A stretch of DNA of 64,000 nt from NCBI GenBank assembly GCA_003971905.1, contig RSEE01000018.1, positions 744,001 through 808,000 on the forward strand, in the 5' to 3' direction. Shown one piece after another: positions 38,619 to 53,372 of this stretch (positions are counted from its first letter, which is position 1; the number at the start of each line of letters is the position of its first letter). The position numbers and the translations under genes were made by a program. A model generated the notes under the pieces. The model searched no databases and was not told the DNA's origin. It saw only the letters and a list, made by a program, of their open reading frames with translations. The DNA is from Moniliella sp. 'wahieum'. Taxonomy: Eukaryota.

Positions 38619-39489
38619 AAACACTTGCTTGCTCGACCGCGCTCAGCTCTCACACAACACAGCACATGGGTTTTGCTCAGCATCAGACCTCATGCCAGTC
38701 GTCTTTTTCTTTTTCTACCGCCGACCCTTTCGCCCTGACTATGCCACCTCAGTCATACCACCTTCGAGTCGCAGCGTCTGAACCCTCATGCACTCCATCC
38801 CCACAACACTAGAGGACTCTACGAGTACTATACCAATAGATGCTTATATCCTGGTGCCCGTGGGTTTCTGGCATTATTCTCCCTCTTCTGTTTCTTCCCC
38901 TTTCCAGCTCGCCTCGTCCTCCATAAACGAGGTGTGGGGTTGATGAACCTCTTTCTCCCCACGTATGTTTCTATCCAAGATTTTCGGCTCTCTTCGCTCT
39001 CCCTACTTGCAATGCCTGAATGCGGCTATGTATACCTGTAGTGGGCCTGTCTGCAGTGGTTCTCTCCGTTTAACTTATTGATGTCCCTCATGATGGCCTC
39101 ATGCCTTTGATACGATGGGCACGCCAATGTACTCGATCCGCAATGCAAATCCCTACGGCATACGTGGTCTTGAGCAGATAATGATGGGGTACGCTTGGTC
39201 AAGCGCGCTGGACTGGATAGCGTCGCGCACACCGTGGGGCAAGAGTCGGAGGGCAAAATAGATGGTAGGGGGTTTATTAGGCCAGCGCTTAAGTCTGCCT
39301 GCGGTGGACACTGAAAGTTTAAATCTCGGCCTCACGACGTGTCCGCGCAAGGCGCACCAGCTGAGCCTGTGGCGCGGCACAGCGCCGCCCCGCCCCGCGC
39401 CACACCACACATTGGACAACCTGCAAAGCTGGAAGAGTTTGGTTTCAAACAACCACCACCACACCACCACCGCCATCTCCCTGCTTGGT

Positions 39490-41200
39490 GATGCAGCGCC
39501 ACGCGGGGCAAACGTCGTTGGACCTTGACGCACTCGAGTGGGACGCAGGTGTACGGCCATCGGCCTCTCGGTCGGCGGAAGTGGCTAAGGGCGATCCTGA
39601 TCTTTCGGCGGATGATTACGGGTGCTATTCGGCCCACGATCCATCCGACGACTTGGGCCATGGCTACAAGAATACGGCGCGATGGGGGGCCATACATGCT
39701 CCCCAAGGGCCTCCGTCGTGCTTGAAACTATGAAGCGTGCAGTGGGTATGCACCTTTCTTTGCTCGGCGTGGGTGGCACGATACCCTCCAATGGCCTTGG
39801 GCTTTCAGGACAATCGCGTCCTCTCCTGCTATCCGGGCCACTGTAGTCAAGGGATTCATCTTGTCTGCTGTGGTAACCACCGGGATATACATGTTTGAAA
39901 TCGCCTTGGTGCCGATGCATCTGTTTTACGCCGACGCCAAGAAGCCCCATCCTTGGTCCAACGTATGCACATCCCCGTTGCGTCGCGCCCTCTCCCTCTT
40001 GGCTCACCTGTTCCTTTTGTACAGACGTTCTATCCCGTTATCGCTTCTGCTACTTTGCCGCCTCTTCCTGGACGTGGGACACAGTTCAGGTGGCGTACCG
40101 GCGTTATGGGCATACTGCCTCTGTCGCCTCGGCTCCCCACGCAACTGAGGCCTGGTACACGCGCAAAGCCCTCTGTGCCCACGCTTACCAGGTTTACCTC
40201 CCTGTGTACTTTTCTTCTTCTCTATGCTGCTAACCATACTCCAAGGATGGGTTCCTCCCATAAGGCGGTAAGCTGTCTTGTCCTTGATCAACTTTGGTCT
40301 GGCTAGTTTTGTTGATGGATTCTACTGCTTTGAGCTGGTATGGCGCGCACACGGCTGGGGACTCGAACGTCGAGCGGCCGCCGCCGAACAGAGATGGTCC
40401 TATCTTGTTGCCTTTGGTGTCCCATCGACCATCATCTCATTTTCCATCCATCGGGGTTGCTCAACATGATGCTCTTTATCGGTACGTTGCTTGCTCGTGG
40501 TCCAGCAACGTTCAGTGGCTAACAGCTCTTTTGGTCGATAGTGTTCCCCTTCTACGCTCTTTTGGCCGTGGCAGCCGATTTGAACCCCCGAACAGCAGTG
40601 CCCAAGGCAGGGAGGCTCCCGCTCTTGTACCCTGTTGTCGCCGTGCATCGCATCCTGACTCGTCCCATTCGAAACGTGCAGGGCACACGTCCATCTCGTT
40701 GGGCACCTGTTCGCTCTTCCTTGTCGGCCCCCTTTGCCGCCCTGGGCCGCGGGGGAGCAGCAAGGGTTGTGGGGCGCATCTGGTCTGGCAATTCACCTTC
40801 TTCGCCCATGCCAAGGGGTACACCTCCCCCTACGTTGCAACCACCACGTACGGCTCGGCGGCCAGGGCGTATGGTGTTCCTCCTGCACGCTCCTCCACCA
40901 CGCCTGTATCTACTACCACCCCAGGCTGGGCCGCCGCTTCGCCCGGGGGTACACCCATCGGCACCCCACTGGGCACCCCACTGGGTACCCACGCTTACAT
41001 GCCGTTTCCCCCACCCCACCCGGATCCGCCCTTGCGTCTCCCCCGCGGTCCCAGGCCAAACCGTACAGCTTGCATCCACCTGCTTCCCTTTGGCCAAGAC
41101 AGCCTACCCGTTCGCACTGATTCGTTTGTTCTTCCGGACAGACGGTGTCTCCTCCCTCCATGGAGCCTGGCAGCTCAGCCCACACGCCTCAAGGGCTTAA
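39490..41200 (+). CDS. EI24-like (etoposide-induced 2.4 family) multi-pass membrane protein
   Basis: Hydrophobic segments and FVDGFYCFELVWRAHGWGLERRAAAAEQRWSYLVAFGVPSTIISF, HPSGLLNMMLF, VFPFYALLAVAA resemble fungal EI24 proteins. Introns and frameshifts; the start is uncertain. Confidence 0.7.
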
Positions 41201-41466
41201 TCGCCGGACCGGGTCCGTAGTGGTTCCCTTGTAAACTCATTGCAATTCGTTTTGTCGCACCATGCCCTCCTGTACTGTATAGTAGCGCTTGGGTTCGCAG
41301 GACTACCTCACTGTCGATGCGGTGCCGTCGAGGTCAACGTCGGGGTCAATGTTCTGATAAAGGAGGTGGAAGGACAGGCTGCGCGTTGACAACACTCGAG
41401 CTGCACACTGGGTCGGTTGGGACTGGTGCTTGTGGCGCACATCAAGCACACATCCCCCATCGATCA

Positions 41467-41509
41467 TCATGCATCATGCATCATGCATCATGCATGCATG
41501 CATCATGCG
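41467..41509. repeat. (TCA-TGCA)n 7-bp array upstream of RPL34
   Basis: CATGCAT x4 at 41468..41495; it is the reverse complement of the 2824..2858 array. Confidence 0.9.
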
Positions 41510-41710
41510 CATATCAATGCTTCAAGCGGAACGACCTGATGTGACGGAATTTTTTTATTTGAAACCGAAATTTCAGAAACGCTCCAACCCTATCTGTACC
41601 TGCTGCGGCGAATATCGGGGCGTAAACCCTAGCTGCCCCTTCTGTCTTGTTTCCAGCTTCCACTGCCACACCTGCTCTCCCCAGCAACCAGCTCACGAAG
41701 TCGCATCAAG

Positions 41711-41868
41711 GTGAGTCGCTACTTGGATCGCTACACATGTCGGGCCACGCCCACTGCTCCTGCGGAGGATATGCGATCCGTCTGTGGAGCAGGGGCGCCT
41801 TCTCCTCCTCCTCGCTCCCCGACGTCTGTGCCTCTGTGCGGAGCTAACCACCAACCTTTTGAGATCAG
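41711..41868 (+). other. Spliceosomal intron in the RPL34 5'UTR, ending immediately before the ATG
   Basis: AAG|GTGAGT donor at 41711, GCTAAC branch site at ~41843, TCAG|ATG acceptor. Confidence 0.85.
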
Positions 41869-42206
41869 ATGGTCCAGCGCGTTACCCTCCGCAAGCAGAA
41901 CCCCTACAACACCAAGTCCAACCGCCGCACGGTGGTCAAGACCCCTGGTGGTAAGGTGGTGACCAAGCACCTTAAGAAGCTCGCTGCCAGCCCCAAGTGC
42001 GGTGACTGCCACGCGCCTCTGTCGGGCATCAAGTCGCTCCGCCCCGTGAATTTGCCACGGTGTCCAAGCGCCAGAAGACGGTGAGCCGCGCGTACGGTGG
42101 CTCGCGCTGCGGCGCCTGCGTGCGCACCCGTATTGTGCGTGCTTTCCTCGTGGAGGAGGCCAAGATTGTCAAGCAGGTCGTCAAGAACGCTGCCAAGGCC
42201 AAGTAA
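41869..42206 (+). CDS. RPL34: 60S ribosomal protein L34 (eL34)
   Basis: [70 protein letters not shown]. One C is missing in the run at ~42042. Confidence 0.98.
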
Positions 42207-43207
42207 ATTGGATTGGTGTCCTTCGATTCTCCCCATTGCCATCTCCTCTCCTCTACTCCTGATGCTGCGTGCAGTCGTGGGGGTTTCCGAACTGGAACCG
42301 GTCGGTGTGCACACCTTGTCTTAGCGGCACAGTGTCACCCGCTTGGCATGAAAGGATACCTTTTCCCTCTCGCGCATCTCGGCTCTTTCCATTGGTTTCA
42401 TAACCCCCCCCCTCCACCCCACCCCCGTATCTGTACCCAGCCTTTATGGTTTCTTCCCCTCCCACTCCTCCGGTTCGCAAGCCCCCTGCTTGTGGTTTCG
42501 CTGGACCACGACGAATCCCTTCGTCTCAAAATGCCATTCGTAGGCGCCCATGCCCATTCAAATTGCCTGTTGTTGTAGGTTGGAAAAGCTGCCAGACTGG
42601 TTTGCGAGTGATGCGTGGTGCAGCCAACGAGTCAGGTCGCTGCGCTGGGACAAAGACTAGGCAGTGACTAGTGATGGCTCAAAAAAGCTGTGTGGCGGGT
42701 AGGGGGCCAAAAGAAGGTTTCGCTTCCGAAAGAAGCGGCTATCGGGGTAAGCCCAGTTACAGAAGAAACACTTAACAACCAAGCAGACCTGGCCTGCTGC
42801 TACTGCTGGCTGGCTGACAAGGCCATGCCTTTAGAGGCGGCGTATCGTCAACGGCAGGCCGGGGATGACTTGAATGACTATTGCGCTAGATGGCTACCAA
42901 TCCTGTTTCGATACATCATTCACCGGCAGCGGTCGGTCAGCCGAGTACGTAAGCAGTGCCACGCACCCGACTCCGCCCAGGTCGGTGCAAGGCAAACGAC
43001 AGACAGCAAGAATGCAATCGCGGAGATGATAGCTTTGACAGTTCGAAGGCGAGCATGGGGCCAGTGTCACCGATGTTATCCCGCACCCTATGGTCCTGCG
43101 TTGCCCGGCCCATGGACAGACACCAACAACAATCTGCCGTTGGTTGGTTGGCTTGCTGACTTCCTCATCCTCACCACCTTCTCCTGCCCTGCCCTCCTCC
43201 CACCGCC

Positions 43208-44718
<1,511 letters not shown>

Positions 44719-45751
44719 TTGCTTGCGCTGGAAGAATCGCCTCGGCGTGCAATTTAATGTTTCTCAGTGCCGACACAGGACTCTTAGCATATACGTAAAC
44801 AGGCGCGCGAGGTGCGGGTGTTCTTCCCCCATTCCAGGCTGTGCCTTTTCACGGGGCTCGGTTGGCCCCGACAGCTATTAGTGACCCGCCTGAGCAGGTA
44901 TTCCACGATGCGCTGGATTGATCCGTGGGGGCCGGTGTGCGAATGGTAGTGGCGGACATGATATCGAGACGGTGTGTATGTAGTATTGTATCTTCTCAAC
45001 GGCGGGGGCTACACTGGGCGAGCACTCGAGAAATTGAACGTGCATGTGGGGGCTAAAGCGGCAAAGGGAGGGAGCTAGGGAGAACTTGGCAGAACACGTG
45101 GCTTTTACCCCACACGCATTCGTCTCTCTTGTCTGGACCCCATTCTGTCAGTACCTTTCTGGACTGCGCCAGAGGGCCTCAGGCCCTCGCCTCGGCCGCG
45201 GCTCATTGCATCCGAAAGCTGCCGGCAACCATTCATCCGGGGGCGGGACGATCGAGTATCGCAAATGGCTCTGTCCCTATATGGCTGCCGACGCATGGTG
45301 GGTATGCTGGCGGTGTCGCCTGGCAACAGAGGGAAGCAACGCAGACCAGAGCAGGGTGTCCACAGTTGAGCACAGGAGCTCTCAGTTGGGCAGCGTGGGC
45401 AGAGATGTGGGCACGGCCGTCACCGACGCATCTCCGGAGGTTAGCCAACGCGCGATGCCGGCAGGCCACGTGGCACGGCGGCGGGGCCAGGCTGACGTGG
45501 CACTGCCCCCATGCGGGCACGGGTGCTGACGTGGAATCGGGATCCGCGTTGCGGCAGGGCGACGGCGACAGTGGCGCCGTGCGGCTGTGCGCGTGGTTCT
45601 AGCACCTTCTGGGTGCGGGGGCAGCAGCCGGCAGCAGGCGGCAGCAGCAGCCCGCTGGCTGCGCCGGGGGGGCTGCCTTTTTAAAGCATCGCTTCTGCCC
45701 CCCCTTCTACCGCTGCCCCATCTCTGCTCCTCTGCCTCCTAACCCCCCGCC

Positions 45752-47479
45752 ATGAAACCCGTGTCCAAGGTTGCGCTCGCCTCTGCCGTTGCTGCGTCCC
45801 TCGCTGGCGCCGCGGCCGATGCGCTGCCCGAGTTTAAGGTACGTATGCCTATGCCCCGCCTGGTCCGGCTGCGGCCGAATGTCTCCCTGCTCAGACCGAG
45901 CGCTGACCACTCCCTCCCTCTGCCCAGCCTTCCGACATCCAGGGCGCGTTTGTCGAGCAGTTCACCGAGGGTTGGTCCTCTCGCTGGGCCCCCTCGGCTG
46001 CCACCAAGGAGCAGGCGGATGGCGAGACGTTTGCTTATGTGGGCGAGTGGAAAGTCGAAGAGGCCACCGTCTTCCCTGGCATTCCTGGTGACGAGGGTCT
46101 TGTGGCCAAGTCCAAGGCTGCCCAGCACGCTATCTCGGCTCAGTTTGCCGAGCCGCTGAATGTGTCGAGATCATTTCGCAGGGGAAGCCGTCGTGGTGCA
46201 GTACGAGGTCAAGTTGCAGAATGGGTTGACGTGTGGCGGTGCCTACGTCAAACTGCTTACGGATGGGCCAGAGGGCATTCAACACAAGGAGTTTAGCGAC
46301 AAGACGCCGTACACGATCATGTTTGGTCCCGACAAGTGCGGTGGCAACAGCAAAGTTCACTTCATTTTCCGCCACAAGAACCCTGTCACGGGCGAGATTG
46401 AGGAGAAGCACCTGACTGACACGCCTCCCCCGAAACTGGGCAAGACGACTGCTCTGTACACGCTCATCATCCGCCCGGACAACACGTTCGATCTCCAGAT
46501 CAATGGCGAAAGCAAGCGCTCTGGCTCGTTGCTCGAGGACTTTGACCCTCCTGTCAACCCCCGCGGAGATTGATGACCCTAGACAAGAAGCCCGCCGACT
46601 GGGTTGACGATGCTCGGATCCCTGATCCCGATGCCACCAAGCCTGCCGACTGGGATGAGGACGCCCTCAGGAGATCCAAGACCCGGAGCGGTCATGCCCG
46701 AGGGGTGGCTTGTGGACGAGCCCTTGCTTATTCCTGACCCTGAGGCCGAGAAGCCCGAGGAGTGGGACGATGAGAAGATGGCGAGTGGACGGCACCCACG
46801 GTGCCGAACCCCAAGTGTGAGGAGGCCGAGGGCTGTGGCGAATGGGTGCCACCGCTGGTTGCCAACCCTGCATACAAGGGCAAGTGGAGTGCGCCTTACA
46901 TTGACAACCCTGCCTACAAGGGCGTCTGGGCCCCGCGCAAGATTGCCAACCCGGCCTTCTTTGAGGACAAGGAGCCGGCGAAGCTGAGCTCGATTGGTGG
47001 GATTGGCTTTGAGCTGTGGACGATGGACGAGGACATTCTGTTTGACAACATCTACGTTGGCACCTCGGAGGAGGATGCCAAGGCATTTGCCCAGGAGACG
47101 TACTTTCAAGGCACCGCTCGAGGTCAAGGTGGAGGAGAAGGAGACCAAGGTGGAGCCGGCTGTGAACGAGGGGCTGGTGGACAAGTTCCGCTCGCAGCTC
47201 TTTGCCTTTGTTGAGATTGCCAAGGTGAGCCCGATTGATGCGATCAAGACGGAGCCTGTGGTGGCTGGTGCGCTTGCTTCGGCCGTGTTTGGCCTGCTGG
47301 CGATGCTGGCTGTGGTTGGGTCGCTGCTCGGCGGCTCGTCCAAGGCGGCGGCGCCGGTCGCGGGCAAGGCGCCCGCCAAGGCGGCCGAGGCGCCGGCGAC
47401 TGCTACGACGTCTGCGGTGGAGGCCAAGGAGGGCGCGACGAAGCGTGCGAAGGCCGTGGCGGCCAAGGACGACGAGTAG
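45752..47479 (+). CDS. CNE1: Calnexin
   Basis: Signal peptide; intron 45839..45927; [35 protein letters not shown]-domain repeats ([30 protein letters not shown]), [19 protein letters not shown]-terminal TM segment and charged tail. Confidence 0.97.
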
Positions 47480-47713
47480 ATGGGCCTTCTGCTGTCGTGT
47501 TGTACATTCCTTTTGTTTCATTCTCGCCCACACAAAACATACGAATCAATAGCGGCCGCGTGTGGGGGTGCTGGACAGAAGATACGGCACGTACGTGGTA
47601 GTTTGACGTGTGAGCATGTGAGAGATCTGAGAGTCCGCGGGCGCAGCGGCACAGCGCGGCTGACATAATCCGCCGGTTCGGAGCGAGCGGCAGGCTCGGC
47701 GGCCCACAGCGCA

Positions 47714-49957
47714 ATGTTGGTTTGGGTGCTCACATGTCCACCTGACCGCCTCCTCCCCCCGTTGCGCTCCCGCCGCATCGCCCCCGATGGCGCCTGGAGC
47801 AGCTCGGCTGGCGGCCCAGTGGGCCACACGCTGCTTGTCGCCGCTGGCGCTCCGTCCTCCTCGTGTCCCTCTGCCTCGCCATCACCACCATCGCCCTCCG
47901 CGGCGCCCACTACAGCGAGTGGCGCGAGATAGCCTACTACCGCGTCGACCCCTTCCCCGTCCTGCCCCACCGCCTCAGCACCCACTCCGACGCCGCCTCC
48001 CCCCACGGCGCCCCCGCCTCCGCCCCTGTCCGCCCGCCCTCCGCGGCGGCCCCACCTGCCCCGGCCCCCACGGCCGCCGCATCCGCGCGCCCCGCTTGCG
48101 CTCCACCCGACCCCCGACACCCATCCCATCGCCCTTGTCGGCGACGGTGACGCCATCGGCATCGATTCCTCCCACTGCCTTACCTACCGCTCTCGCTATA
48201 CCATGTACACGGACGACGCCCTGGGCATCACCTACCGCGTGCCATCATCGATGGCGAGCTGCAGCGCATGCGCGATCGCGCCAAAGCTCACGCCGCGCGT
48301 GCCAGTGCCAGTATCTCCTCTACCTCGGTGCCTATCCCCCTGCGACTGGAGTGCCTGCGTTCGGGCACGGGCCATGATACTGGGACCCCCATGATGCCGA
48401 TCCAGGAAGAGGAGGAGATTCCGCCCCAGCTCGACTCGTCCGATCCCGATTACATCGACCCCCTGCTCGGCCGTACCAAGCCCAAAGGGATTCCCAATGG
48501 GAGTGGGAAGACAAGCTGAGGAGAGACGTGTGGGAGGCCAACCAGGCGGCGGACCTGTTGGGTCCAGCTTCCTTCCCTGACTGGCGTGCGCTCTCGACGC
48601 TTGTCATGCTCGCCGGCAGGACGAACGGGGCGGGGAGACGGATCCCTTTGTCCCGGGCAGCACGGCGGACGATGTCAAGGCCAAGTACACCACACCGGAA
48701 ACCAAGCGTTCTGTCATTGTGCTTCGTGCGTACGAAGGTTACGTATGGCGAGAAGATGACATTCTCAATATGCGTGCGATCATTACCGAGTTGGGGCTCA
48801 ACAACCCTTACACGCCGTACGATGTGCGTATTCTGGTCGAAGTCAAAAGCCCGCACTTGGCGCCCTTTACATCGGAATGGGACCGCCATCAAGTCTTGAG
48901 CGGATCAGTTCCCGTGAATTTTGGGGTTTGGTCGAACTCTGGACCGAAACCGAGTTGTGTGTGCCCTGTACCTGGCTTGCCAGGCAAGTTCAAGAACCGT
49001 ATGATTGCCCAGGCGTCGTACCGCTCCTGTCTGATGGCCGTGCAAAAGTTGTGGCTCGACCACCAAGAGTACGATTTTGTGTGGAACTGGGAAATGGACG
49101 TGCGCTACATTGGCAACTACCTCGACTTTATGGAAGGTGTCGAAGCCTATGGTCGACGCGAACCGTTGCACAAGGGCATGGACAAGTACAAAACTTGGTT
49201 TGTGCGCAACGTGACGGAAAGCGAGAAAATTGGAAGGACAATCTCACGTTGACAGAAGGTCGGGGCGAAGAGGCGGACTTGTTGACTTGGCACCGATTTT
49301 CGACCCAATTGGTTCGGGCTGGTTTTGGGAATATGACATTCAAAATTACCCGCTGGGCGAAGCCACGCCCCGTCGCGCTTCGATCGGGACCAACATGCGC
49401 ATGTCGCGCGCTTTGATGGAGGCTATGAACGTGGTCAATGCCGAGGCTAAGAAAAGTGCTCATTGCGAAGCTTGGCCTACTACACTTACCCTCCATTCCC
49501 AATTGCCCATCAGCGACATACACAGTTTCGGTCCCAACTCGGGATACACTTACAACCTCCCATCCCGTTCAAAGGCGTCTTTGCTCCTGTGCCCATCTTC
49601 TTCCGTCACTTTTGGAACCGCACGTCTCGCATCCAAGATCAATAGGAAAACCATCTACAACAAGGCAGAGGAACGCTTGTTGCGCGATACAAGTCATTAG
49701 TACGTTCCTCTTCCCTCTTCCTTACCTTACCTCCCCCTCCCCCCCCCTTCTGCCCTTGTTCTTTCCTTTGTTTCTTTTCTTCCCGTTCCTTTCCCCCGTT
49801 GTTCGATACACCCACTGACCCCGTTTTGAATCTGCTTAGCTACGATGGAGCTCACTCGCGCGAAATTTACATGGGCTGGCGCAACTCGGCGCGCGTAGGT
49901 GCAGCCGAGGTGTGTCGGACGCCCATGTTCCTCCACCCGATCAAGCGGATCGAGTAA
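47714..49957 (+). CDS. DUF3405-like fungal type II membrane protein (putative glycosyltransferase-like)
   Basis: N-terminal hydrophobic anchor (SVLLVSLCLAITTIAL); VIVLRAYEGYVWREDDILNMRAIITEL, YDVRILVEVK, PREFWGLVELW, EYDFVWNWEMDVRYIGNY, CEAWPTT, ending MFLHPIKRIE*. The start is uncertain. Confidence 0.72.
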
Positions 49958-51349
49958 TTCCGTCCCCTCGACTCATCTTGTTGCTTCGTTGTGCTGTGTC
50001 TTCGTTGTGCTTTGTAGGGCCTGGTGGGGCTCTGTCGACGTTGATGCCCTTGATCGTTGAGTTGATGACGTTGATACTATCGTTTTTTTTTCAGCCTAGG
50101 ACTTCAATAACCCTTAAACCGTACTCAGTACTCAATACTCAGTCTGAGTACTCACCGCTTTCGTTGCGAACAAATCAATTGCCTATCGACCGTTTGTTTT
50201 GTTGTTTTGTGTTGTTTTGTTGTTTGGTGGCGGTTTGAGTTGCGCGCGCTTAGCTAGCTTGACCCTGGAAGCTTCGTGGCTTGATAGCTGCTATTCGGGC
50301 CACACTCAGTTACGTCAAGGAAGTGGAGGTGGCTGTGCAAAAAACGACTTAATCTCGCCCCGTGACAAAAGGGTCAGGCTGTTTCTCTCCTTCTCCTCTC
50401 CTCCCCCTCGTTCTTCTTCTGATCCTCTAACCCGATTAGTTAGTATGTTCTCCCTGAGGCCTGAGCCACAGATCGGGACGGACCAATGGGACTTGCCTCT
50501 ATAACGTTCGCTGTCAGTCACAGCAGTCTCCGTGCCGCGATGGTTATCTTCCCCTTCCTATACACTCCTTGTTCCCAAGAGTGCGAAATGACGGTGCCTG
50601 GATTTTAGCGCACAATCTGGTGAATGTCCAACTATCTCCCGTGCGACTCATCACTTTGTTTTGTTCAGCTCCCAAGCATCCGACTTGCTCGCCGTCTTTT
50701 CGTGACATAATATCCTCTCGAGCCCTAATATGAACCCCCCTATTCAGTGGGTGGAGTGATGGCAAATGTGAGTGGTGTCGGGAGGTGTGAGGGCGGAGAC
50801 AACTTAACCATCTCAAAAGCGACACAAAAGTCAGAAGGCATGGATCATGCATGCGTCATTGACACGCTTACTCTTTTTGGAGCAACGAACCATCCATGAA
50901 CTTTTGGAGCCCATCAGAAGTTGTATACTCTCTCCCTCATCTCCATCAAATATCATGGAAAAGGCGTAGTGATGTCGTGTTAGCTGGCACATTTGAGTAA
51001 GGGCAGATGAGAGACGGATGGGGGTAGTAGACCGTTCATGGGCAGGCAAGCACTTGTGTGCGTGTGGGTTATCTGTTGCACTCCTGGGTCTTCTCACTAT
51101 AATACACTCTCTTCAGCAATCTCACTTGTCGCGGGAAAAAAAGGCGCCAAAGAGACAGATGAGCAGTGAAACATTGAAACCGCTGGCGCTGTCCTGTCTG
51201 GATTATGTCAGCACACACGAAGCAGTGCAACGTGGAAGGCTCAGTGAGCTCACATGCGCTCCACGCTTGAGCTTGGCCGGCGACACCGCTCCGCCCTTCT
51301 CCGCCTCACCGCCCACGAGCCATCTGGACGTCTGCGTGTCCACCGTCCG

Positions 51350-52968
51350 ATGCTTGCCAGAACACTGCTGCTCGCATCTGCTGCTGCTGCCGCCATCCAA
51401 TCGGTGGCTGCTGCTACCGCTTATGAGGTCAAGAACGTCGTCCGTTCCATCGAGCTGGCCGGGGGCGTTTCGTCCATCTCGACCGCCTACACCCTGGCTG
51501 CGCTTCCGGATCACCTTTCCGAGCCCTTTTATCTCGCCTTCTCCCATGACGAGTGGGAGGCGTTGAGCGATTTGGTCTAGTTATCGACAGCCCCAAGTCA
51601 CTCCGCGGCAACTCTCTGGCTTACGCGGATGCTGGTCCGATGCCTCCGATAATTCGACTCATTTGCTCGCTGTTGACCTTAGCCCCGTGCCTGTGTCTGA
51701 CGACGATGTCGCCTTCACTTTCAAAGGCACATTCACTCATTTGACATTCCCTCTCCCACCCACTGCTCCCCAAAACGGGCAGCAGTATCTTGCCTGGAAA
51801 GGGGACGCTGGAATCCGCTCGGTCTACCCGGTGCGCAAGGGCAAGACCAAGGTCACGTACGTTTTCTTAACCCTCCCCTTCTTGCTAGCGCTATCTGACC
51901 TTTTTCTTTATGTATGCATGTAGTGTTGCCTCCTCTACCAACATTCCCGACTACTCTCCTCGCGCTACCGCGACCAGCTGGGCAACAAGGTCACGTATGG
52001 CCCTTACAACATTCCCTCGTTCCGCGATGAGGCGGTGGAACAAGGACTGGTGCGGTACGAGCACCCATGCCGGTGCAGCGCTGTTTCCGTTGAGCGAGTG
52101 GCAGAGGTGTCGCACTGGGCTGGTAACTTGGCCATCGAGGACCGGGCGTGGGTGCGCAACGACGGTCCTGTGCTGGAGGGACACTTTGGACGCATTGACT
52201 ACCAATCCGCTGCATTCAGCCGCCACGTTTGCCCGCCACGTTGGTTCGGATGCGCATCCCGTTGCCGCCAGGTGCAAAGGATGCGTATGTGGTGGATGCA
52301 ATTGGAAACGTGTCCACTTCTCGTTTTGCCCCAGTTCCGCCCAACCCCAAGCTCATCACTCGTCCCGTCCAATCCCTCAACCCGTCCCAGGCTAGTGTAC
52401 TGGACTTGCAGCCGCGCTACCCTCTCCTAGGCGGTTGGAACTACACGTTCTCCTATGGCTTCAACCTTGATCTTGCCACGGGGGGGTGGGGCAAGGTCCT
52501 AGATGCTGGAAAGTTTAGCGTCGCAGTCCCCTTCCTGACTCCCCTCGACGGCGGGACAGTTTACGATGAGGTCACTCTCAAGGTCGTCCTCCCAGAGGGC
52601 GCTAGTGACGTTGAAGTTTTTGCCCCCTTTGCTGTGGACGAACAGGAGGCAACCGTGACAAGACCTACCTCGACACGACAGACGCAAAACTGTAGTGCTC
52701 AAGAAGAAGAACTGCACTGAGAACCACTCGCAATTGGTTTATGTACGTGCCTTGTCCCGGTGCCATGCCATATTAGTTCGTTCTCTCACTGACGTGGACT
52801 GTGTGCCCATTTGTTTCTTTTCCTCAGGTGCAATACACGCTCTCGTCATTCGCCACCATGCAAAAGCCGCTGGCGGTGGCGTCTGTGGTGATGTCGATTT
52901 TGGTTGTTGCTGCACTTCTGCGGCGCTTCGACCTGCGCATCAAGACGCCCAAGCCCAAGACCGCCTAA
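51350..52968 (+). CDS. OST1: Oligosaccharyltransferase subunit ribophorin I
   Basis: Signal peptide MLARTLLLASAAAAAIQSVAA; NVVRSIELAG; ERVAEVSHWAGNLAIED; DAIGNVSTSRF; DLQPRYPLLGGWNYTF; VVLPEGASDV; C-terminal TM KPLAVASVVMSILVVAALLRR. Two introns. Confidence 0.95.
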
Positions 52969-53372
52969 GTGTTGAGAAGTGGACGATGCTTGATCTTCCC
53001 TCCCATCTTCTGCACCTTGCACGCACCCATAGCTACTGGAATCCATGCAGGCCCTGTAGAGGTAGCAACCAAGTTGACCAATCATGTCCGGGATGGGGGG
53101 GTTGTAGCTTGAGTGAGGTTCGGCCGCATGGCCCAGGTACAGATCCGTGCACAATCACACTGTCCGCCTAGGCAGGACGGAGGGCATGGCGCGGGCGGAG
53201 TTTGGCGGAATGAGGCTGGAATTTTGGCCCAGCCGCTCGCCCGCAGGACATTCGTTTCAATAATTCCAATCGATATGCAACCCCGACGGGTCGCTTGTGC
53301 TGCTTCTGCTTTTTTCTCTGGGCCGCTTGCGGATGCGCGTGCTTGCCTTTGTCCGCCATACCCCATCCCACC

